Shown one piece after another: positions 46,801 to 59,430 of a stretch of 64,000 nucleotides of DNA. The stretch comes from Octopus sinensis. Lineage: Eukaryota. The notes below the pieces were generated by a model, which saw nothing but the letters and a program-made list of their open reading frames with translations, ran no database searches and had not been told where the DNA came from. The DNA is taken from NCBI RefSeq assembly GCF_006345805.1, contig NC_043000.1, positions 129,332,001-129,396,000 of the forward strand, in the 5' to 3' direction. The translations under genes were made by a program, and so were the position numbers. Numbering within the stretch: position 1 is the stretch's first letter; each line of letters starts with the position of its first letter.

Positions 46801-49337
46801 GTTGTTGTTTTAGGTGCCTATGTAATCATGAGTATATATAGAAATCTTATCAGCCCATCTACCCTGGGCCTAGTGGAACATCGAAAACTTGATAGTTCAA
46901 GAGAGAGAGATAGCTGCACCACCTTTAGGCTATGCACTTTCAGCTGAGTATACTGGAGCAGCATGGAATGAAGTGTCATGCTGAAGGACACAACTTGTTC
47001 AGTCCAAAAATGAAACCTATGAGCTTACAATCATGATCCCAAACCCTAAGCACCTGGCCACATGCCCCCACTAATTATGTTGTTTAACCCTTTAGTGTTC
47101 TGATTATTCTATCAAACATAATTGATTCCCATTGATTTCAATTAATCATGCATTATCTCATATCTTCAAGATCTTGATGGTGTAATTACCTAATGTAGAA
47201 TAACATTATAGGGTAGGTGTGAGAGCCTGGATCTGGTCAGTTTGAACATAAAACAGATATTTTGGCCGGATATGGCCGGTTTAAATACTAAAGGGTTAAG
47301 GAGTATTATTAGTTTACATACTGGAAAAAATTATTTGACTTCTTTCTTGGTCACTGAAGAAACATCATTATCATCATTTAACATCCATTGCCCATGATGG
47401 CATGGGTTAGACGGTTTGACGAAGGCTGGTAACTGGGAGGCTGCACCAGACTCCAGTCTGATTTGGCATGGGTTTTTAGTGGCTGGATGCCCTTCCTAAT
47501 GCTGACCACTCTGAGAGTGTAATGGGTGATTTTACATGCCACCGGCATGGGTGCCATTTGCGTGACACTGCTATGACTGATTTTGTTCGGCTTGACGGGT
47601 CTTCTTCTCAAGCATGACATAATGCCAAAGGTCTCTGTGAGGACTACCGCTCGAAAGGAACTCAACCACTCTGCCTCCGTGAGGCCCGAAGATAATGCAT
47701 GATTAATTCAAAACTGTGAATCAATAACCATTACATTTGACAGAATAATCTAAATGCTAAAGGAGTAAAAGGCTGTATTACGATATGAACATATGGCTAT
47801 ATTGTCTGATTTAATGCTGTTGTACCTCATTTTCTTAAAAACTATGAATACTATTAATACTATTGGGGTTATCTAATTCTCTACCACACAGTCATCCATC
47901 TTCTCTGTCCACTGTTCTTGGGAGAGTTGTGTTAGAGTCCTATCAGAAGCAACCATCATGACGTTTTCTGGCTTGATTCCCAAACATGACCAACTAAGAC
48001 TGGCTATCATACAATCATTTCATTCTAGGTCTACCCCCAGGTATCCTACTAGTCAGCTTGACTTGAAGAATCCAACTTGCAGTTCTTTTCTGTGACATTC
48101 TAATCATGTCTGTGATACTAGAACTGTATCCTCTCAGTGCAGGGAAGTAGTGGTTTAACCGAGAGAGACTCTGGCCTAATCTCTGAGCTATGCACCCTGT
48201 CAAGTAATGATACTCCAGGAACCCTTTGGAGGAACCATATTTTGCTTGCTTGTATTTGTGATTGTATTCATGACTATAAGCATGTTAATTAAATTGTGTT
48301 TGGCTTTTTTTATTAACCTCTTTTCTCTGCTTCTGAGTACTGAATACTGGAACTGTTGCATTACTGTGTCAGCACTTGCAATTCAGAGCAGCTAACTGGC
48401 ATCCGTGCCGGTGGCACGTAAAAAGCACCATTCGAGCATGATCGTTACCAGCATCACCTTACTGGCACTTGTGCAGGTGGCACGTAAAAAAAAAAACACT
48501 GTTTGGGCGTAACCATTGCCAGTACCACCTGACTGGCCCTCATGCCGGTGGCACGTAAAAGCACCCATTACACTCTCGGAGTGGTTGGCATTAAGAAGGG
48601 CATCCAGCTGTAGAAACTCTGCCAGATCAAGATGGGAGCCTGGTGCAGTCATCTGGTTTGCCAGTCCTCAGTTAAATCATCCAACCCATGCTAGCATGGA
48701 AAGCGGACGTTTAACGATGATGATGAATCCAGCCTTCTACCTTCCATCACTGAATGGATTTGCTGCTGAGTGCTGCAAGACAGGGATGAGAATTAGTGTT
48801 GTAAAGGCTGGGACATTGGTCCTCTCAGGAAGCTCATCCCAATACATTCTGCATGTTAGCAGAATATCAATGAAACAAGTGGAGAAGTTTAAGTGTCTTC
48901 AGGGCCACACAGCTATTCAAGTAACAATTATTTTGTGAAAGAATCTTCTATTAAAAGCTCCAGCTGACAAAACATGAAAAATGGTAACATTTCCTGATTC
49001 CTGTAATTTTCATTTGATATTTATTGTTAAATATGTACCATTGTTTTTACTTCAGACAGAATTTTCTAAGGTGTTTATGGTGACATGAGAGAGTGTGGTG
49101 TGAAAGAGCAGTGACTTCAAGTAAATTGAATATGTTGAGATTTTAGCAAGAATTATAACTGGTTCTTAAGCTTTTACTCCTTTCGATTCCATCTGATTTT
49201 ATGTATGTGTGCGTAAAATATATGCATATACTTTATATCTTAATGATCTATTTTCTGTTTCAGCTGCCCCTGGACGAGGTCGGGGTCGTGGACGTGGTAG
49301 AGGTCGTGGCCGTGGCAGAGGCCGAGGGCGAAGATAA
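37263..49337 (+). CDS. SNRPD1: small nuclear ribonucleoprotein Sm D1, join(37263..37276,40008..40084,41910..42101,49264..49337), 118 aa
   Basis: Spliced product [118 protein letters not shown]. All introns GT-AG, phases consistent, 357 nt total. Confidence 0.97.
40008..40084 (+). CDS. SNRPD1: SNRPD1 coding exon 2
   Basis: tttcag|ATTTTTGATGAAACTC...ATCACAG|gtctgt, 77 nt. Confidence 0.95.
41910..42101 (+). CDS. SNRPD1: SNRPD1 coding exon 3 (intact copy)
   Basis: ttctcccag|GTGTTGAT...GAAATGG|gtaagt, 192 nt, open frame. Confidence 0.96.
43060..43253 (+). pseudogene. SNRPD1: duplicated SNRPD1 exon 3 with frameshift
   Basis: Splice sites retained (ttctccag| and |gtaagt). A 1-nt deletion gives ATG AAC ACA CCT TAA (stop at 43086-43088). 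An extra AAG codon lies near the end. Confidence 0.85.
43676..43827. repeat. fold-back element, 35-bp inverted arms
   Basis: 43676-43710 and 43793-43827 are reverse complements with 2 mismatches. The spacer core matches 61999-62040. Confidence 0.85.
44788..45176 (-). mobile_element. family A SINE
   Basis: Full-length reverse copy of 1380-1801. Confidence 0.85.
45672..45903 (-). mobile_element. family C SINE
   Basis: Full-length. Short direct repeat agcatact on both sides. Confidence 0.85.
46151..46271. mobile_element. piggyBac-like MITE
   Basis: TTAA|ccctttgagctt ... aaggttcaaaggg|TTAA. Confidence 0.7.
47088..47295. mobile_element. piggyBac-like MITE
   Basis: TTAA|ccctttagtgtt ... aaatactaaaggg|TTAA. 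Confidence 0.72.
47885..48900 (-). mobile_element. old RTE fragment with an inverted 5' segment, split by a family B insertion (48394-48726, +)
   Basis: The minus piece 48392-47885 gives C-terminal peptides ([13 protein letters not shown]...GGRPRMK). The plus piece ~48748-48899 gives [18 protein letters not shown]...KQVEKFKCL, the immediately preceding RT region. Confidence 0.55.
49264..49337 (+). CDS. SNRPD1: SNRPD1 coding exon 4 (RG-repeat tail)
   Basis: ttttctgtttcag|CTGCCCCTGGACGAGGT...CGAAGATAA. Confidence 0.96.
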
Positions 49338-49482
49338 TTTCTTATATAAATATTTTTACATTTTTTTTTGATTACCTTCTCTCATTTCAAATTTTATATG
49401 AAAACAACTTTTTTGTCAGCATTTTGTCATCTTCAAATTATTGCAGTGGAGTCCATTGCATCATTTTCCTTATCACATCCGT

Positions 49483-49525
49483 ATTAAAAGATATTAGAAT
49501 ACCTTTTGAATAGTTGTTGTGTTTA
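49483..49525 (+). terminator. candidate SNRPD1 polyadenylation signal
   Basis: ATTAAA at 49483-49488, with a downstream GU-rich ttgttgtgttt. Confidence 0.55.
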
Positions 49526-50514
49526 TTTTACTCCATTTTTATGACTGAACACAGTTTCACTATTCTAGATTTGCTGGGTTCTTATTGTAACACAGCCACT
49601 GTTACACATGCACACACACACCATCATCACAATTGTCGCCATGATGCCGATGATGTGTACTTCCCTTGCATTGGGGAACCATGCCCTACTCCATTGTCTT
49701 AGTTTTGTCATGGTTTCTGTGGCTTGATACTCTTCCTAACACTAACCACTTCACAGAGTATACTGGGTACTTTGGCATTAGTGAGGTCACCTCACAAATG
49801 AAAGGCGAATAGAAAAGAATGTTGGCATAAGGTAATGGAAGAGGATAAAGATATAGACGATAATGGCGATGATGATGATAATCATCTTCATGATTGATTG
49901 TTTTCACATCTAATTTTCCATGCTTGCTTGGATCAAATGAAATTTATTCAGGTAGGTTTTCTGTGGTTGGATACCCTTTCTATCACCAAACTTCACCTGT
50001 TTTTCAATCCAGGTAAGATTTCCCCATGACCAGACATCTATTATATAAAATCCGTTCTGTCTGTGTGTGTGTGTGTCTTCTAGGATCTTGGGCATTCTCC
50101 ATCCGATTGCGCTCAAATTTGACATGTAGATACCGACGGTATCAGGGCATGTATAAGTCTTGAAAAAAATTACAAAACTCGATTCTAGGTGAGAATGCGA
50201 TTGATAAAGCCGTGGGAACGTGCATTCGTACGTGCAAGTACATCAGCTGTTGCGATCGATATGTGTATGCGAGAAAAATGCACGTGCAGTTTGCGCAATC
50301 AGTGTTTCTCAAAGAGGAGGTCTATGGGACGGTCGGACAAATTGTTTTGAGAAAATTTGGGTTAAATGTTTGACAACTTAGCACTGTCCATTGGACGGGG
50401 GGCGTTTTACTCATATATTTATATGGAAGATTGGCAATGGAGAACACTGATGGTGATGCTTGTACTATTGTGCAGTGTCAAATCAAGAACACAATTACAC
50501 CTCACACATATATA

Positions 50515-50730
50515 TATTTCTTTATTACCCACAAGGGGCTAAACATAGAGGGGACAGACAAAGGGATTAAGTCGATTACATCGACCCTCCACCCAGTGCG
50601 AAACTGGTACTTTATTTATCGACCCCGAAAGGATGAAAGGTAAAGTCGACCTCGGCGGAATTTGAACTCAGAACGTAACGACAGACGAAATACCGCTAAG
50701 CATTTCGCCCGGCGCGCTAACGAGTCTGCC
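50515..50730 (-). mobile_element. family C SINE
   Basis: Same core and tail as the other family C copies. Confidence 0.85.
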
Positions 50731-51358
50731 ACATATGCGTGTATAAATATATCTATCCATCATCATCATCTTTAAACCCATTTGCCTTTAAACCAGCCAT
50801 ATTCAGCTCAAACATTCTCTCTGTTTTATATTAAAACTGGCCAGATCCAGCCACTCATACCTGCCCTACAGTGTCATTCTAAAAATAAATAATCACATTG
50901 AAATTCCAAAGCTACAACATAATGTGTGTCTTCTATGAGGTGAATGATGTACCAAAATCCAGTGGGTTAGAGGATTGTTGTGCTTCAATATTTGGTGTGG
51001 TTTCTATGGCTGGATGCTCTTTCTAATGCCAATGATTTATAGAGTGTATTGGTTGCATTTTTCTTGGCACTAGTACTAGTGAAGTTACCATGTAGCTCTT
51101 AGGACTAAGGTTCCCATCAAATGAGTGGGTTCACAGTAGAACAGTGGGTAGCTTTATGTGAGGTAACAAAAGGTTAGTATGAATAAAGGTGCCCAAAACA
51201 GATTTTTTGCTGGAGAAAATCTGATCTGATGAATTCTGCCTGAGAGATGCAAGCAATAGGAAGATGTATGTTAAGACGATGATGATGAAATTATATACAC
51301 GACATTTGTAAATATGGCTGAAGACAGAAAAGATCCCAATATAAGCGAGGGACCAAGT

Positions 51359-51694
51359 ATTTCTCCCTTATTGCGTATTCTTGATATCAAATAGTTTTTA
51401 TATATGGCTAGAGCTGTTCATTTAGGTTTGACCCGGTCTTACATAAACGACAGAAAGTAGTACTCTACCAGAAATTTACTGATTGCAATAAAATATTTGC
51501 TACACTCATCTAAAAGTACTGCTACATATTCTGAAATATATATTGATAATCGACACAAAGTCCAATCTCTCGATCGTGTAAAATATCTATAATGATTAAG
51601 CTGATAGGAAATTAAATTGAAGTTGTTACTTGTCACTTCATAGCCAAAAAACAAGAGAAAATTACAAAATGAGAACGAGAGAGCAAGTATGGCT
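51359..51694. repeat. unclassified ~335-bp sequence duplicated, partly inverted, at 56325-56639
   Basis: 51359-51471 is direct with 56325-56447. 51504-51692 is the reverse complement of 56448-56639. Confidence 0.9.
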
Positions 51695-52798
51695 ACTTAG
51701 TTACAAGATATACCGTGTCTGAAGGTTTGCTCGATCTAGGATGATTTTGGGTTGCATAGCAACAAAATTCGTATTCTTTTTAATATATATAAAAAAGGAA
51801 AGATAATTCTGTAATTTTATTAAAGAATACTCTCCCTTAAGTTTCCATCAGTTACGTCCCTTCGACGCCAAACGTCGCGCTATTAATTTCAACAAGCTGT
51901 AATAACTTAAAATACCTCATTAACCACTGTTTTGGGTAACATCTGTCTCTCGGACTATGTATTGAAGTAATACTCTGTGGTTTTGTAATAAATTATATTT
52001 GTCAGTGAAATATAGCAACTGGAAACAGAATATCTGTTGGAGAGACCTTGACTATTTAACAAAACCTCCTGACTCTAAAGAATATTTTAACGAAGTCCAC
52101 TTTGTTGCCAGGATTCGATTCAGCCCACTTGCAGGTTCGGGACAGTTATCTTCCCCAGATAAGGGCTATGATCGCTGCCTTTCCATTCAGTTGCAGAGTT
52201 AAATTCCAGTAACAGCTGGAGATTAACTCTGTAACGGACTTTAATCTCGTTCAACAAGGTAGTATTGTACTGACAGTTGGTTTTACAACAGGGGTAAACT
52301 GGATAAGCTCAGGACTTATGGGACTATAGGATCGAAACAGACCTAAGGCTTAGCTAGGACTCCATTGGTTACGATGATGAGTGTTGTAGTTGATATGATC
52401 AACAGAACAGCCTATTCGTGAAATGAAAGTAGATGTAGCTGAGCACTCTACAGACACAATCGTACCCTTAGCGTAGTTCTCAGGGAGATTCAGCGTGACG
52501 TAGAATGCAACAAGGCTAGCCCTTTGAAAAATAGGGAGGTGCAATTCATTTTTGTCAGGTGAGTGAACTGGAGCAGCGTGGAATAAAGTGTCTTGCTCAA
52601 GGACAACGCATCGCTGGGAAACGAACTCCCGATCATAAACCGAATATCCTTATCAATAAGCCACGCGCCTTCATACCTAGGACATATATATATATATATA
52701 TATATACGCGTGTATGTGTGTGTATACATGTTTGAATGTGAGTGCGCGCGCGTGGGTGAATGTGTAAACAACGCTATTGTTGTGAAGAAGTAAACGAT

Positions 52799-53210
52799 AG
52801 GCGTAGGAATGGTTGTGTGGTAAGTAGCTTGCTTACCAACCACATGATTCCGGGTTCAGTCCCACTGCGTGGCACTTTGGGCAAGTGTCTCCTACTATAG
52901 CCTCAGACCGATTAAAGCCTTGTGAGTGGATTTGGTAGACGGAAACTAAAAGAAGCCCGTCGTATATATGTATATATATATATGTGTGTGTGTATATATG
53001 TTTGTGTGTCTGTGTTTGTCCCCCCAACATCGCTTGACAACCGATGCTGGTGTGTTACGTCCCCGTAACTTAGCGGTTCAGCAAAATAGACCGATAGAAT
53101 AAGTACTAGGCTTACAAAGAATAAGTCCTGGGGTCGATTTGCTCGACTAAAGTCGGTGCTCCAGCATGGCCACAGTCAAATGACTGAAACAAAAAAAAAA
53201 GTAAAAGAGA
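52799..53210 (+). mobile_element. family A SINE
   Basis: Full-length copy. Confidence 0.85.
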
Positions 53211-54104
53211 TAGAGCCTCTCGGCAGACGCTCGAAATGCTGGAAATAGCTGCGAATTCACTTTCAAATTTACAGAGGATGGATACAATTGATAAAATATT
53301 CCTCGACACATTAATTCGAAACAGTAATGCTGGACTCAAGAATTTTTGAGCAACTAAATGGATGGGCAGCGATCATAACCCTTATCTGGTGAAAAGGAGG
53401 GAGATAACTGTCCCCGAACCTGCAAGTGGGCTGAGTCGAATCCTGGTGACAAAGTGGACTTCGTTAAAAGATTCTTTAGAGCCAGGAGGTTTTGTTAAAT
53501 TGTCAACAACTCCAAGACAAGTAGGTCTCTCCAACAGCTATTCCGTTTCTAGTTACCGTATTTAAGAAGTTCACCTCGCAATTACGAAATCACGGGTTTG
53601 ATATCATTGCGTAGCATCTTGGGCAAGTTTCTTCTCGCATGCTCTCGGGTTGACCCAAGCCGTGCCAGTGAAATTGAGTTGACGGAAACTGTGTAGAAGC
53701 CCGCCGTAAGGATCGTAACCAATTCACAAGGTTCGCTATGTATCACATAAATGTCAAACTGATTTTGCCTGAGGATTATGTTAAGGGTTACACATGTCTG
53801 CGGAGTACTCAGCCACTTATACGCTATTTCAAAGAGCAGGTAATTCAGTTGATCAAATTACTCGAACAGCCATTGTCGAAACTGATGGATATCCATTTAC
53901 ATTAAAATAACAATAATAAATAAATAGAATGCTCGGTAGAGTTCCTATGGAAAGTCTGTCTCTTAGGGACAGCAAGAATTATCAGGAGGTTTCCAAGCAC
54001 TTGAAGAACTGCTGGAAACTTATGGATACCTAAGGTTACAGGTAATAACTCGCGACCCACATAAATCGTACCAGGAATAAGACCGAACCTGAGCTAAACC
54101 AAAG

Positions 54105-54147
<43 letters not shown>

Positions 54148-54265
54148 GATGATGATGATGATAAGAAGAAGAAACGGACTGTATACAGTCCGTTTCTCTG
54201 CCCTAGGTGCCAGGAAGACACTCGGCAAGAAATGGAAACAGAACTGAAAGAAAATGATAATACAC

Positions 54266-54628
54266 TTTTATTTGTTTCAGATATTTGACTGCGGCCATGC
54301 TGGAGTCGAACAAATCGACCCTCAGGACGTATTCTTTGTAAGCCTAGTACTTATTCTATCGGTTTCTTTTGCCGACCGCTAAGTTACGGGGACGTACACA
54401 CACCAGCATCAGTTGTCAAGCGATGTTGGGGGACAAACACAGACACACAAATACACATATATATATATATACATATATATACGATGAGCTTCTTTCAGTT
54501 TCCATCTACCAAAACCACTCACAAGGCTTTGGTCGGCCCAAGGCTATAATAGAAGACACTTGTCCAAGGTGGCATGCAGTGAGACTGAAGCAGGAACCTT
54601 GTAGTTGGTAAGCAAGCTACTCCTGTGC
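54266..54628 (-). mobile_element. family A SINE
   Basis: Reverse copy. Confidence 0.8.
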
Positions 54629-54674
54629 CTAATGAAAATAATAATGATAATAATAATAATAATAATAATAATTT

Positions 54675-55415
54675 TATGTGCCTAGGAAAAAGAGGGGAAG
54701 AGGTTCATGTGTCGAGGAACAAGAGAGGAAGCGATGTATATATGCCTAGGAACAAGAGAGGGAAGAGACCTTATAGAAAGCAAGATCCTTATTGTCAACA
54801 AAGAAAACAGTCTAGGGTGGTACATCAAACAGCTGAGGGAACCGTTGCTCGCCGCTGTTAGAAATAACACGATACCTACCGAAAACGTGTCGCACCCAAA
54901 ACATTTAAGAAACAAGATGAAGAATAAAGATTAAACAGCTGGAAAATGAAAATAATGCGTGGGCAATACCTCAGTGAGATCAAAGGAAAAGACAAGACTA
55001 ACACCTGGAGGTGGCTAAGAAAAAGTGAACTGGAAAAAAAAAAAAAGCAGTGAAGCATTGACATGCAGCGCCTAGGAACAAACTCTGAGAACTAATTATA
55101 CAAATTCCAAGTAGATAAGAGCAGTGAATCGCTCCTTTGTAGGATGTGTGACAGTAAAAACGAAACAATCTCACATGTTGCAAGTGAGTTAGCAAACTGG
55201 CCCAAAAGGAGGCGCAAATATGTCGTTAAGTTTTTCACTGGAGATTGTGTGAAAAGTAGGGTCTTGGAAGACCATGGGGATGGTACGAATATGAAACAGA
55301 AGGTGTCACTGAGTATACTGAATATAAGATCTTGTGGAATTTTACAATGCAATGTATAGATGCCCGAAGACCAGATGCTGTAGTAGATAAAAGGCAAAGA
55401 GAAACTAAAGAAAAT
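54675..55415 (+). mobile_element. degenerate R4/Dong-like non-LTR retrotransposon C-terminal fragment
   Basis: Residual peptides LYMPRNKRG, SLGWYIKQ, MRGQYL..IKG, TWRWLRKS and CRMCDSKNETISHVASE, with many frameshifts. Confidence 0.6.
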
Positions 55416-55559
55416 AAACTCACTCGAAGCACCCTCTATTTCCTTTTCAAGTGAAACTTGAAGAAGTCAATGAGACATCTACCAAAGAAGAAAGTATCTG
55501 TCCTCATGCCTTTCTGCCTTGTCCACCAAATAACCTCTTTTACCACCACCACCGCCATT

Positions 55560-56320
55560 ATTAAAGGAGGGCGACACGGCAATCATCACTGTGGACTCGG
55601 CTGATAGACGGATCCGCCCCACACGCGGCAGCAGCTGTTCGACATAACTCCTCAAGTCAATAATACCCGGACACTACGAGTGTGTGCAGAACGGTTTCAT
55701 CGCTCTGCGCGCACCAACAAGCCCGTCTGGCAGCACATCCGTGACTGTAGAGTTTATCTTGAACCTGTAGCACCCCCCGCTCAGGTAACACTGTTAAAGA
55801 ATTTGGAAATAATCCATGACAGTTCCCGACCGGAAGGTCTTCCGGAATAGACTTGCCAGTTTGTTTCCGTCGATGCCCAGAGACTCCATGAGAAGGTCGT
55901 CGCACTTCACCGCTACTAATCTTCTACAAATTGCTAAAGCGGAACATCCATCGATCCCATTGCTCGACTGGTAGAGGGTTGTGAGCGCCTGACGACATTC
56001 TAGGTGCCAGGCGCCCAGTCTTGGTCCTCTCTTTACACAGGACTGCAGCTTCGCCAAGGAGACTAGCTGCGAAAAGGCGTGCCCCACACGATCACCATCC
56101 AGAAATCGTTGTCGGTGACGCAACTGAAGAGCGTGTCTGCGCATTAGAAGTCACGGCATACCTAATCCGCCATTCAGAGAGTGCTGGCAGCAGACTAACC
56201 GCCTGGCCACTGGAATGCGTCCCTTCCCCAAGAAATTAAATAAGAGATGCTCCAACCAAGTCAAGCAGTAACCGGGACAAAGCGCAACGGTCAGACGATA
56301 AATGATATCAGAGGCGATGT
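55560..56320 (-). mobile_element. Tx1/L1-clade LINE ORF2 3' fragment
   Basis: GC-richer island. Minus strand gives FLGKGRIPVARRLVCCQHSLNGGLGMP and VQDKLYSHG...CWCAQSDETVLHTLV, resembling the post-RT/zf-RVT region. Confidence 0.65.
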
Positions 56321-56324
56321 AAGC

Positions 56325-56639
56325 ATTTCTCCCTTATTGCGTATTCTTGATATCAAATGGATTTTATATATGGCTAGAGCTCTTCATTTAGGGTTGACCT
56401 GGTCTTACATAAACGACAGAAAGTAGAAGTAAATAGTACTCTACCAGCCATACTTGCTCTCTAGTTCTCATTTTGTAATTTTTCTCTGTTGTTTTTTGGC
56501 TATGAAGTGACAATTAACAACTTCAGCTTAATTTCATATCAGTTTAATCATTATATATATTTTACACGATCGAGAGACTGGATTTTGTGTAGATTATCAA
56601 CATATATTTCAGAATATGTATCAGTACTTTTAGATGAGT
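56325..56639. repeat. rearranged copy of 51359-51692 (direct part plus inverted part)
   Basis: See the partner feature. Near-identical short ORFs appear at 51439-51654 (-) and 56489-56686 (+). Confidence 0.9.
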
Positions 56640-57390
56640 CTGCTCGACCTTTCAAGGACAGATTCCTCCCAGCCCATTTTGGATAAGACTGACCACCTTG
56701 TTCATCACTTCGTCCCAGTTCTTATCTACCTGAAGGTTGGGACCAAACAAGAGCCAAGATCAGCAAATTTGAGGAGAGGGACTTAGTTGATACTACAGAT
56801 CCCAGTATTAGACTGGTACTCTGTTTTATTGACCGTGAAGGGATGAAAGGCAAAGTTGACCTCAGCAGAGTTCAGAACGCAGAGAGCTCGAAGAAATGCT
56901 GCTTAGCTCTAACGATTCTGTCACCGTCCTAATAATCCTTTCCAAAGTAGGTATAAGGCCTGGAATTGGGGAGGTGAGTAGTCGATTACATTCACCCAAG
57001 TACTGTACTGGCAATTATTTCATCCGAAATGATGAAAGGCAAATTCGACCTCGGCAGAATTTAAACTCAGAACGTAAAGGACGGACGAGATGCTGTTAAG
57101 CATTTTGTCCAGCGTGCACCGTCTTGATTATAGTACTAATGTTTTCTGATTTAGGTTGAAAGTCAACAAAGTCAAAAGCAATAATAATGGTTCCAAAGTT
57201 TGGCAATTTCAGGAGGAAAAGGTAAGTTTATGACATCGATCCTAATGATCAGCTGACACTTTATTTTTATCTACTTCGGAAAGATGAAAGACAGGATTTG
57301 AACTCAGAATGCTAAGAAACATAACTAAATATCGTTTTTTAACACTGACATACAGTCACACAATTTGAGGGTTGAGTATTGCTGATGAGT

Positions 57391-57774
57391 GGAGGCGCAA
57401 TGGCCCAGTGGTTAGGGCAGCGGACTCGCGGTCGTAGGATCGCGGTTTCGATTCCCAGACCGGGCGTTGTGAGTGTTTATTGAACGAAGACATCTAAAGC
57501 TCCACGAGGCTCCGGCAGGGATGGTGGTGATCCCTGCTGTACTCTTTCACCACAACTTTCTCTCACTCTTACTTCCTGTTTCTGTTGTACCTGTATTTCA
57601 AAGGGCCGGCCTAGTCACTCTCTGTGTCACGCTGAATATCCCCGAGAACTACGTTAAGGGTACACGTATCTGTGGAGTGCTCAGCCACGTACACGTTAAT
57701 TTCACGAGCAGGCTGTTCCGTTGATCGGATCAACCGGAACCCTCGTCGTCGTAACCGACGGAGTGCTTCCATCC
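57391..57774 (+). mobile_element. tRNA-derived SINE, family D
   Basis: A box tggcccagtgg (57401), B box ggtttcgattcc (57444), and a long non-tRNA body. A near-identical copy lies at 60607. Confidence 0.88.
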
Positions 57775-59430
57775 ATTGCTGATGAATTCAGCGCCAGTGT
57801 TTTGGTATATAAATTTGACTGGCATTTATATATTTGGGGTAAGATATCGTCAGTTAAACTTAGCTCAATCGTGTCGTTCTCGGTGGGGTTTGAAATCAGA
57901 ACATAGAGAGGAATCTCGGTTAATCGTTGTAAATTAAAACTATTGGGAAGAGTAAGATGGCTTCCCTGTTTTGATTTCTCGTAGGAGCTAGTCATTTCAG
58001 TTCACTTACATTGTCAATGCATTGGGGAAGCACGAATTTCTCTATTTCACTTATCCCCAAATTAGAAGTTATTTCATCAAGGTGAAACAGAATTCAATGA
58101 ATCGGCAATGCGGTTAATAAACGTTTGATTTATTTCACATGTGGGTAAAGTAATAATTGCTTTTAATTTAGAAACAAGGCCAGCAATTTTCAGGGGGCGG
58201 AGATCAACCGATAACATTGATCCTAGTAATTAATTGGTACTTTATTTTATAGATTACAGAGTGCTGAATGGTAAACGTTGACGTTGTTTGAACTCAAAAC
58301 GTAAAGAGTTAGAAGAAATATCACTAAGCATTTTCCCCCGACACTTTAACGATTCAGCCGGCTTGTCACTTCAGGTGAATATAATGCTTTTAACATTGAC
58401 AAAAAGGCTTGGATTTTGGAGCGAGGGATTAGTCATTAGCATCATCTCCAGTACGCCACTGGTACTTTATTTAGAAAGGCTAAATTAACCTTGGCGGGAA
58501 GAAATACTACGACACACTTTTTCGACGCTCTAACGATTCTGCGAGTTCACCGTCTTAGGTGTCTTAGGTAAAGTAAAAATATATCTTTTTTTTCTTTTTT
58601 AACATCTGGGTAAAATAAATGAATACCTTCTTCGAATGCGAAGGCTGGCATCAAGAGACTATCGTCTGTGATATATTTGTTGTGGCGGTGCATTATCTAT
58701 ATATGATGAATTGAGGTAGTACATTACTTATTTATGGTTGGCACACATTAATCATATCATACAACCATACGGCACTAACCTAATAGCAAAGTAGTCAAAG
58801 CTAATTGAGAAATTCTGGTCAGAGGGTAAATACCGGAGTGATTTTACTAGACCTTACAAGGAGAATAGAACTCGACGCTGAAAGCTAATAAATCACATGT
58901 CAATTTCCCCGAATTTCCGCTGCTTAAAGCGATCAATTATTTCTACTCAGTGGTATTTATTTTTATATAGATAAACTGGGGCATCTGAGAGTTTAGTTTT
59001 TGTACTTTTGACAGTCAGTATTTTGTCTACATCCAAGATAATTAAATTTCATCTATTTGCTCGGATTAATGCCCGACCGGTCAGTAACACTCACTGAAAC
59101 AAGTTATATATCTTAATTATCTTCATAATTTGCTTTTCGAAATACTGGATGAAGTTTTGCCAACAATATAATTACTAATCCTTCTTGACACAAAGTACCA
59201 TTTCTCTTCTGACTCTCGCAAGCATTCCCCAGTTTTGACAAGATCATTTAAAAAAATGAAATTCTCTTTACAAACTAAATAAAAACCATCAACTGAGATA
59301 TTAGTGTCTGTCGTTTACAACATCCTCTTTATGTTATGGTATACGCACACGCGCGCATACACACACACAGTGTGAGGGGGAGAGAAAGTATGTGCGCGAG
59401 TGTGTGAGAGGGAGAGAAAGAGAGAGAGAG

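Noticed and set aside
57391-57465. tRNA gene (also 60607, 2588 and the heads of SINE families A and C)
   Set aside because: A and B boxes are present, but there is no complete cloverleaf or terminator and the sequence continues into a shared SINE body.
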